DNA of 64,000 nt from an uncultured Gemmatimonadales bacterium (GCA_963850905.1 CAWKMU010000003.1:2592001-2656000); one strand, 5' to 3'. Numbered from the stretch's first letter, positions 9,454-19,736 are shown. Notes: generated by a model not told the origin, from the letters alone. Translations and numbers: made by a program.

Positions 9454-9506
9454 GTGTCATCCCGAGCGCAGCACAGTGTCATGCCGAGCTTCGCTCGGGA
9501 TGACAC
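9454..9506. repeat. Palindromic intergenic repeat GTGTCATCCCGAGCG..CGCTCGGGATGACAC
   Basis: 15-bp perfect inverted repeat with an internal partial copy GTGTCATGCCGAGC. Confidence 0.75.
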
Positions 9507-9581
9507 CTTCGACCCTACCGACACCCGACACCACGCGTAGATTGGTGCCCGTCGCCGAAGCTACCAGGCGGAGGAGGTTCG

Positions 9582-10112
9582 ATGCGCGTACAACGCCCGC
9601 TCGTTGCCGTCGCTCTCGTGTGCTCGCTCGCCGCGTGCAGCGGGGAGAAGCCATGGCACGATCCGCTCGGCGCCCACATGGCCCACGCCGTCTATCAGCC
9701 CGGTTCGCCCCTCGACCTGCGTCCCGGTCCCAGCCCCGAAGCGGTGAGCGCTCTCAACGCATCGTTCCCCGCCGCGACGTACAGCGCTGACCAGGCATCG
9801 GCCGGCAAGCAGATCTACGATTCCACGTGCGCCCACTGCCACCCGAGCGGCCAGCTCGACGGCGCCACGTTCTCCAACACATGGAAGAACCGGCGGCTGT
9901 ACGACCTCTATTCGCTCATCAGCAACACTATGCCCCAGGACCGGCCGGGAAGCCTGTCGGACACGCAGTACGTGAACGTGATCGCGTACCTCCTGCAGCG
10001 TAATCAGGTCCCGAGCGGCGCCGCGAAGTTGAACATCGACACGTTGGGCATGAAGAAGCTTCGCATCGACGTCGGCGGAGCCGCTGCCGCCACGGCTTCT
10101 GGAGGCCAATGA
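9582..10112 (+). CDS. Monoheme cytochrome c lipoprotein
   Basis: LAAC lipobox, CAHCH, MPQD.PGSL axial Met; SD GGAGGAGG. Confidence 0.9.
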   Translation: MRVQRPLVAVALVCSLAACSGEKPWHDPLGAHMAHAVYQPGSPLDLRPGPSPEAVSALNASFPAATYSADQASAGKQIYDSTCAHCHPSGQLDGATFSNTWKNRRLYDLYSLISNTMPQDRPGSLSDTQYVNVIAYLLQRNQVPSGAAKLNIDTLGMKKLRIDVGGAAAATASGGQ

Positions 10113-11164
10113 TGCGTGCCCTGAGGCCGCGCTTCGCGGCCCTGCTCGCCATCGGAGCGCCGCTCACGCTCGCGGCACAGGCGACGATGCAACCGGTGAA
10201 CGACCTGCCCAATCCCTATCGCACGATCGAAGGCTGGGCGACGCTGCCCGAGGGGCGCTCGTGGGGCTCCACGAGCGCGGTGGCGATCGATCGCGACGGG
10301 CGGAGCGTGTGGGTCGCCGAACGCTGTGGCGCGAACGGCTGCGCCACCTCGTCCCTCGACCCGGTCCTGGAGTTCGATGCGAACGGGAATCTCGTGAGGC
10401 ACTTCGGCGCCGGACTCATGGTCTCGCCGCACGACATCTTCGTCGATCGCGACGACAACGTGTGGGTCGTGGACTGCGCTTGCACCTATGGCCGGGACGG
10501 GCCGCCCATACAATCACCGCCACGGGGCCACCAGATCTTCGAGTTCAGCCACGAGGGCAAGCTGCTGCGCACCCTCGGCGTGCCGGGCGGGAGCCGCGAC
10601 TCCCTGTTCTTCCAGCCCAACGCCATCTATGTCGCGCCGAACGGCGACTTCTTCGTGGCCGAGGGCCACTCGTCGGCGCCCGGCAGCGTCGCTCGACTGT
10701 TCAAGTTCTCGAACGACGGAAAGCTGATCAAGACATGGGGCTCGTTTGGCAGCGGACCCGACGATTGGGATCAGCCGCACGCCTTGGCCATGGACTCACG
10801 CGGCCGCTTGTTCGTCGGCGATCGCGGCAACAACCGCATCAAGATCCTCGATCAGGATGGCAACCTGCTCGACACGTGGTACCAGTTCAGTCGCCCGAGC
10901 GGGATCTGGATCGACGCGCACGACAACATTTACGTCGGCGATTCCGAGTCGGGCTCGGTCGGTTCCGGCCGCTCGCGCCTGTGGAAGCGCGGCATCCGCA
11001 TCGGCAGCGCGAAGACGGGGCAGGTGACCGCGTTCATTCCCGACCCCGTCGAAAACGCCACCAACACCAGCGCCGCAGAAGGCGTGGCTGTGGATTCGCG
11101 CGGCGTGATCTACGGCGCCGAGGTGGGGCCGAAGGACGTCAAACGGTATGAGAAAAATCCGTAG
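10109..11164 (+). CDS. Secreted NHL-repeat, PAL (peptidyl-alpha-hydroxyglycine amidating lyase)-like protein
   Basis: Signal peptide; SPHDIFVD, QPHALAMD, VGDRGNNRI; ATGA overlap with cytochrome c gene. Confidence 0.8.
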   Translation: MMRALRPRFAALLAIGAPLTLAAQATMQPVNDLPNPYRTIEGWATLPEGRSWGSTSAVAIDRDGRSVWVAERCGANGCATSSLDPVLEFDANGNLVRHFGAGLMVSPHDIFVDRDDNVWVVDCACTYGRDGPPIQSPPRGHQIFEFSHEGKLLRTLGVPGGSRDSLFFQPNAIYVAPNGDFFVAEGHSSAPGSVARLFKFSNDGKLIKTWGSFGSGPDDWDQPHALAMDSRGRLFVGDRGNNRIKILDQDGNLLDTWYQFSRPSGIWIDAHDNIYVGDSESGSVGSGRSRLWKRGIRIGSAKTGQVTAFIPDPVENATNTSAAEGVAVDSRGVIYGAEVGPKDVKRYEKNP

Positions 11165-11182
11165 AGACCTAGGCGTCTAGCG

Positions 11183-13396
11183 TCACGGCAGTTTCAGCGC
11201 CATCAGACTCGTATGCGCACCCTGCCCGGTGGCGAACACAATGTACTGCTTCCCCTGGTGCATGAACGTCATCGGCACCGCGGTCGTGCGCGACGGGACC
11301 TGCACCGCGCCCACCTGCTTCCCCGTCTTCTTGTCCAGCGCGAACAGCTGTGACGTCGGATCGGGGCCCGTGGCCGGCGCGCCGCGCGCCCTCCCGCCGC
11401 CGCCCAGGCGTCCCGTCCCGTAGATCACCAGCGTCTTCGTGGTGATCACCTCCGGCTGACCGTTGAACACGGGCACCGGCGGCAGATCGACTCCGGAAAA
11501 CAACGGGTCTGTGGTCTCCGGCTTCGCCATCACGCCCGCGTTAGCCATCCACCATGCCTTGTCGCCGCTGTTCAGATCGTAGCCGGTGATGCCACCGAAC
11601 TCCCGCGGCTTGAGGATCGACACGCCGCCGATCGTCGTGGGCACCCGAGCACCGAACGCGGGCCGCGAGAAGAGCTCGGTGTCGGGCACGTAGTTCGCGG
11701 GCTTGGGGAGTGCGCCGATTAGGCCGCAACTGTTGTGCACTTGGCTGTACTGGAACTCGGAGCAGGGATCGTGCACGATCTCCATTGTGTTGAGCCCCGT
11801 TTGCGCCGCTACGTAAAGCATGCCCGTCGTCGGATCGGCCGCCGCACCGCCGTCAATGTTCACGCCGCCGCTCGCGCCCGGTGCATACCACGAGCAGTCG
11901 TAGTGACTCGGCCCCGATCCGTCGGCGGATGACGCGGGGATGTAGTACGGACCCATGCGGCACCGTTTGGCGAGCTTGAGCGCCGAGTCCTTGATCGCCG
12001 GCGTGTAGTCGATGAGATCGGATTCCTGCAATCCCTGCTGCGCATACGGCGCCGGCTTGCTGGGAATCGGCTGGGTGGGCCAGCTCTCTTCCCCCGGTAC
12101 CTCGCTCTTCTCGACCGGCGTCTCCGGAATCGGCCAGATCGGCTGTCCCGTCACCCGATCGAGCACGTAGACCCACCCCTGCTTCGTCGTCGCGGCGATG
12201 ATCTTCCGCAGGCGACCATCGACAGTGACGTCGAGGAGGTTGGGCGCCATCGGGAAATCGTAATCCCATATGTCATGGTGCACGGCCTGGAAATTCCATC
12301 TGCGCTGTCCGGTCTTCACATCAATCGCGACAATGTTGTTCGCGAACAGATTCTTACCGGGACGAAGGCCGCCGTATTCGTCGTTGAGTCCCTCGCCCAC
12401 GGGAATGTAGACCAGCCCCAGCGCCGGATCGGCGGTGTACGTGGCCCACGCGTCTGCCTTGCCGACGCCCGCCGTGCCGATCTTCGTGCCGTTCTTCCAG
12501 GTCTCAGTGCCGAACTCGCCGGCCTGTGGGATGAGATTGAATTTCCAGAGCTGTCTACCGGTGCGCGCGTCGAAGCCGCGGATGAAGCCGGGCACGTTAC
12601 GGATACGCAGGGGGAAGTACCCGTGGATGGCGGAGTTGCCCACGACGATCACGTCGTTCACGATGATCCCCGGCGAGCTGCTGGCGATCTGTCCCAGCGC
12701 CGGATCGATGCCGATCGTGCCGTCGGCGCCGGTCTTCGTCGTCGAGTCCCACTTCTCGCCCGGACGGGCTTTGCGCGCCGGCGCAGCCTCGGAGATGATG
12801 AGCGGACCGGAATCGTCCACGGCGAGCGGTACGAGTGGCAGGCCGAGTCCCGCCTCGAGATCCACGACCCCGTTCTTGCCGAAGCTCGGATCGAGCTTGC
12901 CGGTCGTCGCGTCGATCGACGCCAGGTGGTAGCCGGGCGTGATGACGATCACGCGCTCGGCACTGCCGTCGGTCCAGTACATCAAGCCACGGCCAGAATA
13001 CCGGCGAGGAGCCTTCTGCCACCGTATGCCTTCGTCCATGCGCCAACGCCAGAGCAGTTGGCCCGTAGCCGGATCGAGAGCGACCGCGTCGCGATGTTCC
13101 GTGGCCACCGTGAACAGCCTGCCGTTGGCGTAGAGCGGCGTGCTCCGGTAGTACTCGTCCACGCCGTATTTCCCGGCGTCCCACTGCCAGGCGACCTGTA
13201 GCGAGTTGAAGTTCGAGGCGTCGATCTGGTCGAGATCGGAGTAACGCGTGCTCCAGGCGTCAGCACCCCAGAAGCGCCATTCACCGGGCTTGTTGCCGCG
13301 CTCCAGCCCCGCGGGGTTTTGTGCGCCAACGGCGTTCGCGGCGAAGAGCCCGAGGCCGCCGAGCACGGCGAGGAGACTCGTGGTGCGCGAAATCAT
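11183..13396 (-). CDS. Secreted PQQ-dependent dehydrogenase (glucose/quinate DH-like, no TM anchor)
   Basis: W..WG.D..STRYS.LDQI..SN...L.VAW, PQQ propeller repeats, HHDIWDYD, PMTF...GKQYIV; start MISRTT overlaps upstream stop. Confidence 0.9.
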   Translation of the reverse strand: MISRTTSLLAVLGGLGLFAANAVGAQNPAGLERGNKPGEWRFWGADAWSTRYSDLDQIDASNFNSLQVAWQWDAGKYGVDEYYRSTPLYANGRLFTVATEHRDAVALDPATGQLLWRWRMDEGIRWQKAPRRYSGRGLMYWTDGSAERVIVITPGYHLASIDATTGKLDPSFGKNGVVDLEAGLGLPLVPLAVDDSGPLIISEAAPARKARPGEKWDSTTKTGADGTIGIDPALGQIASSSPGIIVNDVIVVGNSAIHGYFPLRIRNVPGFIRGFDARTGRQLWKFNLIPQAGEFGTETWKNGTKIGTAGVGKADAWATYTADPALGLVYIPVGEGLNDEYGGLRPGKNLFANNIVAIDVKTGQRRWNFQAVHHDIWDYDFPMAPNLLDVTVDGRLRKIIAATTKQGWVYVLDRVTGQPIWPIPETPVEKSEVPGEESWPTQPIPSKPAPYAQQGLQESDLIDYTPAIKDSALKLAKRCRMGPYYIPASSADGSGPSHYDCSWYAPGASGGVNIDGGAAADPTTGMLYVAAQTGLNTMEIVHDPCSEFQYSQVHNSCGLIGALPKPANYVPDTELFSRPAFGARVPTTIGGVSILKPREFGGITGYDLNSGDKAWWMANAGVMAKPETTDPLFSGVDLPPVPVFNGQPEVITTKTLVIYGTGRLGGGGRARGAPATGPDPTSQLFALDKKTGKQVGAVQVPSRTTAVPMTFMHQGKQYIVFATGQGAHTSLMALKLP

Positions 13397-13857
13397 GGAG
13401 ACTGCCCTCTGGTGGTGGAGGTTGCGGGACTGCTCTTCGCGTCGATCCGGATCTGTCGCAGCGCGGCCGTGTCGGGTAACAACTCCGTTGGCCCCGCCGG
13501 CATCTGGTTCATTTTCAGCAGGTAGGCCACCACGTCGGCCACGTCGTGCGGATCGAGGCTGCCCGGATCGTTCTTGGGCATGTTCGTGGCAACGTAGGTG
13601 AACAGGTCGGCGACCGACTTGTGCAGCCAATACGTGGCGAACGTGGCGCCCGTGTGCGACGCCGGCGTGTGGCATCCGCGGCAGCTGCCCAAGTACACGT
13701 CCTGGCCGCGCGAGGCTTGGTCCGCGGTGTAGATGCCACTCAGCGTCGTCGTCGTCGCGCCGGCGTGCCGCGTCGAGGTATCGCTCTGCGCGCCGGCCCG
13801 ATGCCCGAACGCGCCCACCCCCAGCGCCACGGCGATCACGATCAGGCTGCGTCGCAT
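13393..13857 (-). CDS. Monoheme cytochrome c
   Basis: Signal peptide, GIYT..QA.RG, CRGCH, MPKNDPGSL; paralog of 9582-10112. Confidence 0.9.
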   Translation of the reverse strand: MRRSLIVIAVALGVGAFGHRAGAQSDTSTRHAGATTTTLSGIYTADQASRGQDVYLGSCRGCHTPASHTGATFATYWLHKSVADLFTYVATNMPKNDPGSLDPHDVADVVAYLLKMNQMPAGPTELLPDTAALRQIRIDAKSSPATSTTRGQSP

Positions 13858-13863
13858 CGGTTT

Positions 13864-13914
13864 GTAGGGGCGACGCCATGCGTCGCCTTGTAGGGGCGAC
13901 GCCATACGTCGCCC
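13864..13914 (+). repeat. Tandem GTAG-type REP doublet
   Basis: GTAGGGGCGACGCCATGCGTCGCC and GTAGGGGCGACGCCATACGTCGCCC. Confidence 0.85.
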
Positions 13915-13942
13915 ACGGGTAGGCGCAACATCATGTCAGGTG

Positions 13943-15313
13943 TCAATCCGTCCCGGCCAGGGCGGCGCCGCCCGCGCGGCGCGCGAGCCGGCGATACAGC
14001 TCGTACGTCGCCCAGCCGGCGCCGGCGACCACGACCAGCAGCATGGCGGCGCGCATGGCGCCGGCGGCGAATTCCGCGTCGAGCGCGGGCAAGGTCAGCT
14101 CGTACCGCGACAGCACCGCCCACCGATCCAGCATCCAGTGCCAGGCCGTGTGCGCGACGAACGCCGAGAGAATGATCGTCCCCATGCGTTCGGCCACCGC
14201 GTGCCGGAACAGCCAGTTCAGCGCGGGCACGGCGAGCGCGAGGACGAACAGCTGTCCCAGCTCTACGCCCAGGTTGAACGACACCAGCGACGCGGCCAGG
14301 TGCGCTCCGGCGAACTGCATGGACTGGCGCAGCGTGAAGGAGAAGCCGAAGCCGTGCACGAGTCCGAACCCGAACGCCACCAGCCATCGACGCTCCAGGC
14401 TGGCGCCCACGATGTTCTCGATCGCCATGTACACGATCGACGCCGCGATCAACACCTCGATCAGCGGCGGGAACCACAGGGCGCTCGGCGCGAATCCGCT
14501 CGCCGACGCGATGAGTGTGATCGAATGCGCGATGGTGAACGCGGTCACGATCGCGATCAGCGGGCGGAGACGGCGGAACGGGATCACCAGACAGAGCAGA
14601 AACAGCAGGTGGTCCGTGCCGCTCGGGATGTGCTCGAAGCCGAGGAGGACGAAGCGCGCCGCGGCCTGATACCAGCTCGGGTCGAGGTGCACGAGCCCGG
14701 GATCGCCCAGGTACTCGAAATCGCGCTCGCCGCCGCCCGGCAGCACGAACCGCAGCACGGTCGTCGTGTGCACACCGAGGCGCGCGAGCGTCGGCTCGAT
14801 GGAGAACCGCGACGCCGCGTCACGAATCGGGTACTCGAGCTCCACGTCGAGCATCGCCTGATTCCACATCAGCTCGGTGCCCGTTGTAGCGGAGCCACCG
14901 GACACGTGGGCGAGCGCGCCCTCGTACGTCGTGAACGAGCGGTCGGAGGGGAGCGAAACCCGGGCCGCCACGACCCTCGGCGCGCCGAGTCGCTCCGCGC
15001 CCTCGTACATGCGGAGGTCGTTGGCGATCCACACCCTGGCCGCGTCGCCCAGCAGGGTCCCGTCGGCCAGGCTGTCGAGGTCGAGATAGCCGGGGCCGTG
15101 CACCGGGAAGTTCACGTCGCGCATGGCCGCGAGCGGCACGCGCATGACCACGCGAAGCGAATGCGCCTCGGGCTTCACGAAGGCGAGCACGGTGACGCTG
15201 CTCGGAATGTCGTGGGCGTATTGCTTCTCAGGCAGCGCCAACAGGCCGACAAGAGCCGCGGCGACAGCCAGGACTGGACGTTGGAGTCTGCCCGGCCGTA
15301 GAATCACGGCCAC
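13943..15313 (-). CDS. HupE/UreJ family membrane protein with periplasmic N-terminal domain
   Basis: AHDIP signal cleavage, LGFEHI..G.DHLLF, TAFTIAHSITL, FGLVHGFGF, FNLGVELGQ. Confidence 0.9.
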   Translation of the reverse strand: MAVILRPGRLQRPVLAVAAALVGLLALPEKQYAHDIPSSVTVLAFVKPEAHSLRVVMRVPLAAMRDVNFPVHGPGYLDLDSLADGTLLGDAARVWIANDLRMYEGAERLGAPRVVAARVSLPSDRSFTTYEGALAHVSGGSATTGTELMWNQAMLDVELEYPIRDAASRFSIEPTLARLGVHTTTVLRFVLPGGGERDFEYLGDPGLVHLDPSWYQAAARFVLLGFEHIPSGTDHLLFLLCLVIPFRRLRPLIAIVTAFTIAHSITLIASASGFAPSALWFPPLIEVLIAASIVYMAIENIVGASLERRWLVAFGFGLVHGFGFSFTLRQSMQFAGAHLAASLVSFNLGVELGQLFVLALAVPALNWLFRHAVAERMGTIILSAFVAHTAWHWMLDRWAVLSRYELTLPALDAEFAAGAMRAAMLLVVVAGAGWATYELYRRLARRAGGAALAGTD

Positions 15314-15416
15314 GATTATATCGGCTGGTCTTGAAGGCGGACAGGTGCCGGCGGGCCCGGCGGGCCCGCAGAAAGCAGAAAGTAGTAGTAGAGAGTAGAA
15401 AGGAGAGGGAGGCCAA

Positions 15417-16661
15417 ATGAACAGACGGAGTCTATTGCTCGGTGGGTTGCTGCTCCTCGCGCCTCAGGCCCCGCGCTTCGCCGCGGACCCCATGTGGCCC
15501 AAGCCAATGCCCAACCACTGGATCCTCGGCTCGGTCACGGGCGTGGCGGTCGACGCGCGCGACCACGTGTTCGTCGTCAACCTCACCGACACCTTCAACC
15601 AGCGTACCGAGACCGGGCTCGAGTTGAGCCCGCCGTCCGCGGAGTGCTGCATGCCGGCGCCGAATGTCATCGAGTACGATGCCGCCGGGAACGTGGTCGG
15701 CCACTTCGGCGGCCAGGGCGAGGGCTACGAGTGGCCCGAGATGAACGCCGGCGTCGCCGTCGATCCGAAAGGCAACGTCTGGATCGGCGGGCAAGGCGGC
15801 CCCGATTCGCGCATCCTGAAGTTCGCGCCCAACGGGAAGTTCATCGCCCAGTTCGGCGAGGGCGCGGCCACCCCGGCGGCCGCCGGCACCCAGCGCGGCG
15901 GCGACACCGCATACGGCGGCGTGTCGCGAACCTCGGCGCCCCAGCTTCGCACCCGCGGGCCCGTTCGTGCGCCCGCGCAGCCAGCCAACAGCAACAGCAC
16001 GACGGCGTTTGGCGGTCCCGCGCGCTTTTCCTTCAATGCCGGGGCCAACGAAGCCTACGTCGCCGACGGATATCGCAACCACCGCGTCGCCGTGATCGAC
16101 ATGACCAGCGGCGCGATCAAACGGTACTGGGGCGCCTACGGCAAAAAGCCGGACGACGCCGCGGTCGCGAAGTACGATCCGTCCGCCCCGGCACCGACGC
16201 AGTTCGGCGTCGTGCGCTGCGCTGCGCTCTCCGCCGACGGCTACGTGTACGTGTGCGATTCGAACAACGACCGCATCCAGGTCTTCACGAAGGAGGGCAA
16301 GTTCGTGAAGGAATTGCGGGTGGCACCACAGACGCTTGGCGCAGGCTCGGTGTGGGACATCGCGTTCTCGCGCGATCCCGCGCAACGGTACCTCTACGTC
16401 GCCGACGGCATGAATGAGGTCGTGCACGTGCTCGACCGCCACTCCCTGACCGAGCTCACCAGCTTCGGCGACGGCGGCCGCCAGCCGGGGCAGTTCTATG
16501 CCCTCGACGCAATCGCCGTGGACTCGAAGGGCAACCTCTACACCGCCGAAACCTACGAGGGCAAGCGTGTGCAGAAGTTCACGTTCAACGGAGTGGACCC
16601 GGTAACGACGGCGAATGCCGGCACCGTGTGGCCGCAGTCGACACGGAGTGCCCGCCCATGA
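15417..16661 (+). CDS. Secreted NHL/PAL-like propeller lacking metal-ligand histidines (putative pseudoenzyme)
   Basis: Paralog of 16658-17887; NAG, VRC, CDS, LDA at positions of NHG, VHC, CDR, VHS. Confidence 0.8.
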   Translation: MNRRSLLLGGLLLLAPQAPRFAADPMWPKPMPNHWILGSVTGVAVDARDHVFVVNLTDTFNQRTETGLELSPPSAECCMPAPNVIEYDAAGNVVGHFGGQGEGYEWPEMNAGVAVDPKGNVWIGGQGGPDSRILKFAPNGKFIAQFGEGAATPAAAGTQRGGDTAYGGVSRTSAPQLRTRGPVRAPAQPANSNSTTAFGGPARFSFNAGANEAYVADGYRNHRVAVIDMTSGAIKRYWGAYGKKPDDAAVAKYDPSAPAPTQFGVVRCAALSADGYVYVCDSNNDRIQVFTKEGKFVKELRVAPQTLGAGSVWDIAFSRDPAQRYLYVADGMNEVVHVLDRHSLTELTSFGDGGRQPGQFYALDAIAVDSKGNLYTAETYEGKRVQKFTFNGVDPVTTANAGTVWPQSTRSARP

Positions 16662-17887
16662 TCCGCGCCCGCCGCCTTCTCATTGCCGCCGCGTTGGGCG
16701 CGACCTTCGTTGCCCTGGACGCAGGCCAGCACGCCCTCGAGGCCCGTGCGCGTTCGCACGACGTTACCGCTCCGCGCTTCGAGGTCGACCCACTCTGGCC
16801 CAAGCCGCTGCCCCACCACTGGGTGCTCGGCAACGTGATTGGCATCGGCGTGGACGCCAACGACCACGTGTTCATCGTCCACCGCAACGACACCTTCGAC
16901 GCGCAGACGGAGATCGGCGCGGCACAGAATCCGAAGCTCAGCGACTGCTGCGTGCCGGCCCCGCCGGTGCTGGAGTTCGATCCTGCGGGCAACCTGGTGA
17001 ACGCGTGGGGTGGGCCGAACAAGGACTACGATTGGCCCGCGTCGAACCACGGCATCTCCATCGACAACAAGGACAACGTGTGGATCGGCGGCAACGGCAC
17101 CTGTCCGCCGTCCGGCAAGTCGGATTGCCCGGCGGGCACGATCGACTCGTTCATCCTCAAGTTCACCCATGACGGCAAGTTCCTGATGGAGATCGGCTCG
17201 CCGCACGCAACGGTGAATAGCAACGCCACGGACCACTTCGGCCGCGTGGCCAAGATCTCGTTCGATGTCGCCGCCAACGAGGCGTTCATCGCCGACGGCT
17301 ACGGCAACAAGCGCGTCGCTGTGATCGACATGGACAACGGGAAGATCAAGCGCTTCTGGGGCGCGTACGCCCACGTGCCGTCGGACTCCAACCCGGGACC
17401 GTACGTTCCCGGCGCGCCGCTCGACCCGCAGTTCCGCAACCCCGTGCATTGCGCCGAGCCCACGCACGACGGGCTCGTGTACGTATGCGACCGCGTGAAC
17501 GACCGCATCCAGGTCTTCACCAAGCCCGGCCAGTTCGTGAAGGAGCAGATCATCAAGCCTTTTACGCGCGGCGATGGCTCCGTCTGGGACATCGCGTTCT
17601 CGCGCGATCCTGATCAAAAGTACATCTATCTCGCCGACGGCAAGAACGAGCAGGTGTACGTCGTCGACCGCCAGTCACTGGACATCATCACCAGCTTCGG
17701 CGACGGCGGCCGCCAGCCCGGCGAGTTCTTCGCCGTCCACAGCATCGCCACGGATTCCAAGGGGAACATCTACACGGGCGAGACCTACGAGGGAAAGCGC
17801 GTGCAGAAGTTCGTCTACATGGGGATGGGCAACGTGGCGGAGCATCAGGGCGTGGTGTGGCCATTTGCCCGCGAAGCGGGCAAATAG
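16658..17887 (+). CDS. Secreted NHL/PAL-like lyase with intact catalytic motifs
   Basis: SNHGI, ADGYGN.RV, PVHC, CDRVNDRIQ, AVHSI; ATGA coupling to upstream paralog. Confidence 0.85.
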   Translation: MIRARRLLIAAALGATFVALDAGQHALEARARSHDVTAPRFEVDPLWPKPLPHHWVLGNVIGIGVDANDHVFIVHRNDTFDAQTEIGAAQNPKLSDCCVPAPPVLEFDPAGNLVNAWGGPNKDYDWPASNHGISIDNKDNVWIGGNGTCPPSGKSDCPAGTIDSFILKFTHDGKFLMEIGSPHATVNSNATDHFGRVAKISFDVAANEAFIADGYGNKRVAVIDMDNGKIKRFWGAYAHVPSDSNPGPYVPGAPLDPQFRNPVHCAEPTHDGLVYVCDRVNDRIQVFTKPGQFVKEQIIKPFTRGDGSVWDIAFSRDPDQKYIYLADGKNEQVYVVDRQSLDIITSFGDGGRQPGEFFAVHSIATDSKGNIYTGETYEGKRVQKFVYMGMGNVAEHQGVVWPFAREAGK

Positions 17888-17929
17888 AGAGCAGCGACAT
17901 TGCGTAACTCTTCTCTCGGAGATCCTTGA

Positions 17930-19582
17930 GTGACTTCAAACTCCAAACTGGCCGCCGTGCTGTTTGCAGGAGCCTTCATTTTTGCGCAGGCACGCGCAGG
18001 TGCCCAGGAGGACACAACCGCACAACGCGACACGAGCGCACACAAGGGCGCGGCGACGAGCAAGAATACAGTGGAACCACCAGCGCCACCGGACGCGATC
18101 ACGCGAGGGACGATCGATGCTGGCGGCCAGCACATAGCCTATACCGCGATCGCCGGGACGATCACAGTGGGCGCGACCGATGAGGAGGACGCACAGTTAG
18201 GTCCGGACGGGAGGCCGCAAGGCGGCAGTCAGCTGGCGCTCAATGCGCCGAAAGAACTGAAGGACGCACCGCCCGTGGCGCGAATGTTCTACGTGGCGTA
18301 CTTCAAAACGGGCACGAAGCCGGAGGAGCGCCCCGTCACATTTTTGTATAACGGTGGTCCCGGCAGCTCGACGGTGTGGCTGCATATGGGATCGCTCGGT
18401 CCCAAGCACGTGGTCACGGCAAGCGATGCCCACCTGGCCGGCGCGCCGTACACGCTAGCCGACAATCCTTACACACTGCTCGATGTGAGCGACCTGGTTT
18501 TCATCGATATGCCTGGCACGGGCTTCGGGCGTCTGCTCGGCAAAGAGCCTGGCAAAGCATTCTGGGGCCTGGATCAGGATGCAAATGCTTATACGCGGTT
18601 CATCGCGCGGTTTCTCTCTAAGTACGGCCGCTGGAACTCGCCCAAGTACCTCTTTGGTGAGAGCTACGGCACCACCCGCTCGGCTGTGCTGGCTGCCGAC
18701 CTGCAACGCAAGAGCATCGACCTGAATGGCGTGATGCTGCTTTCACAGATCTTCAACTTCACCGACGATATCGACTTCCCAGCCGACAATTCCATCTCGG
18801 ATCTCGCGTCCCAGTTGGGGCTGCCCACGTTCGCAGCCACGGCGTGGTATCACAAGAAGCTGCCGCAGCAGCCTGCTGCGCTCGAGTCGTTCCTAACCGA
18901 GGTGGAGCAGTTCGCCATGGGGCCCTATGCGCACGCACTGGCGCAGGGCACCGATTTGAGCACTTCCGAGGAGCAGCAGGTCGCCGAGAAGCTGCACCAG
19001 TATACGGGCCTGCCCGCCGCTTATTGGGTCAAGGCGAACCTTCGGGCGAACGGCGGGGAGTTTCGTAAGATGTTGCAGGACAGCAACGACGTGACAACCG
19101 GCCGGCTCGATACACGCTTCTCCGGTCCGGATCTCGACCCGTTGAGCGAGACCGGGCAGTACGACCCGCAAAGCGCGGCGATCGGGTCGGCGTACATCGC
19201 GCTGTTCAACGATTATGTCCGCAAGGTCTTGAAGTATGGTGAGGGACAGACGTATCTGCCGTCGGCGCTATTCAACGGCGCGCACTGGCAGTGGAGAGAG
19301 ACGAACAGTGAGGCCGGGGCGAACGTCTCAGGTGATTTGGCGCGAGCGATGAAGATGAATCCGCGGCTGAAGGTGATGGTGAACGGCGGCTACTTCGACC
19401 TGGCCACACCGTTCTTCACCGCAGAATACGAAGACAAACATCTGCCCATTCCACAGTCACTCGCGAAGAACATCGAGTACGACTGGTACGAGTCGGGACA
19501 CATGGTTTACGTGCGGGACCAGAGCCTGAAGCAACTGCACGATCGCGCGGCGGCGTTCATCACAAACAGCGCGAAGGGATGA
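17930..19582 (+). CDS. S10 family serine carboxypeptidase
   Basis: NGGPGSS, GESYG nucleophile, G.FDLATP, YESGHM. Confidence 0.92.
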   Translation: MTSNSKLAAVLFAGAFIFAQARAGAQEDTTAQRDTSAHKGAATSKNTVEPPAPPDAITRGTIDAGGQHIAYTAIAGTITVGATDEEDAQLGPDGRPQGGSQLALNAPKELKDAPPVARMFYVAYFKTGTKPEERPVTFLYNGGPGSSTVWLHMGSLGPKHVVTASDAHLAGAPYTLADNPYTLLDVSDLVFIDMPGTGFGRLLGKEPGKAFWGLDQDANAYTRFIARFLSKYGRWNSPKYLFGESYGTTRSAVLAADLQRKSIDLNGVMLLSQIFNFTDDIDFPADNSISDLASQLGLPTFAATAWYHKKLPQQPAALESFLTEVEQFAMGPYAHALAQGTDLSTSEEQQVAEKLHQYTGLPAAYWVKANLRANGGEFRKMLQDSNDVTTGRLDTRFSGPDLDPLSETGQYDPQSAAIGSAYIALFNDYVRKVLKYGEGQTYLPSALFNGAHWQWRETNSEAGANVSGDLARAMKMNPRLKVMVNGGYFDLATPFFTAEYEDKHLPIPQSLAKNIEYDWYESGHMVYVRDQSLKQLHDRAAAFITNSAKG

Positions 19583-19703
19583 GGCTGCGCGCCGGCCACC
19601 GGCCTGCGGTGCTCGACGTGGTGGGCCTTTACGCGGCCACTGTTAGGGGTCGCGCGCGGGCTATCCGCTGAGCGCCGTTGGATGCGCCCTTTGCTTATTG
19701 CCA

Positions 19704-19736
19704 GACTGACACCTGACACGTGAGCCAGGTGTCAGT
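19704..19736. terminator. Hairpin between convergent genes
   Basis: ACTGACACCTG..CAGGTGTCAGT inverted repeat. Confidence 0.5.

Noticed and set aside
12255..12285. Lanthanide dependence of the PQQ enzyme from the D-Y-D motif
   Set aside because: HHD.WD.D is general in the glucose/quinate DH-like clade and not diagnostic without structural alignment
11183..13879. 898-aa PQQ dehydrogenase with long N-extension
   Set aside because: Extension is an off-frame read through the cytochrome c gene and REP; the real signal peptide starts at 13396
13864..13925. CRISPR array
   Set aside because: Only two adjacent palindromic units with no spacers and no cas genes; fits REP
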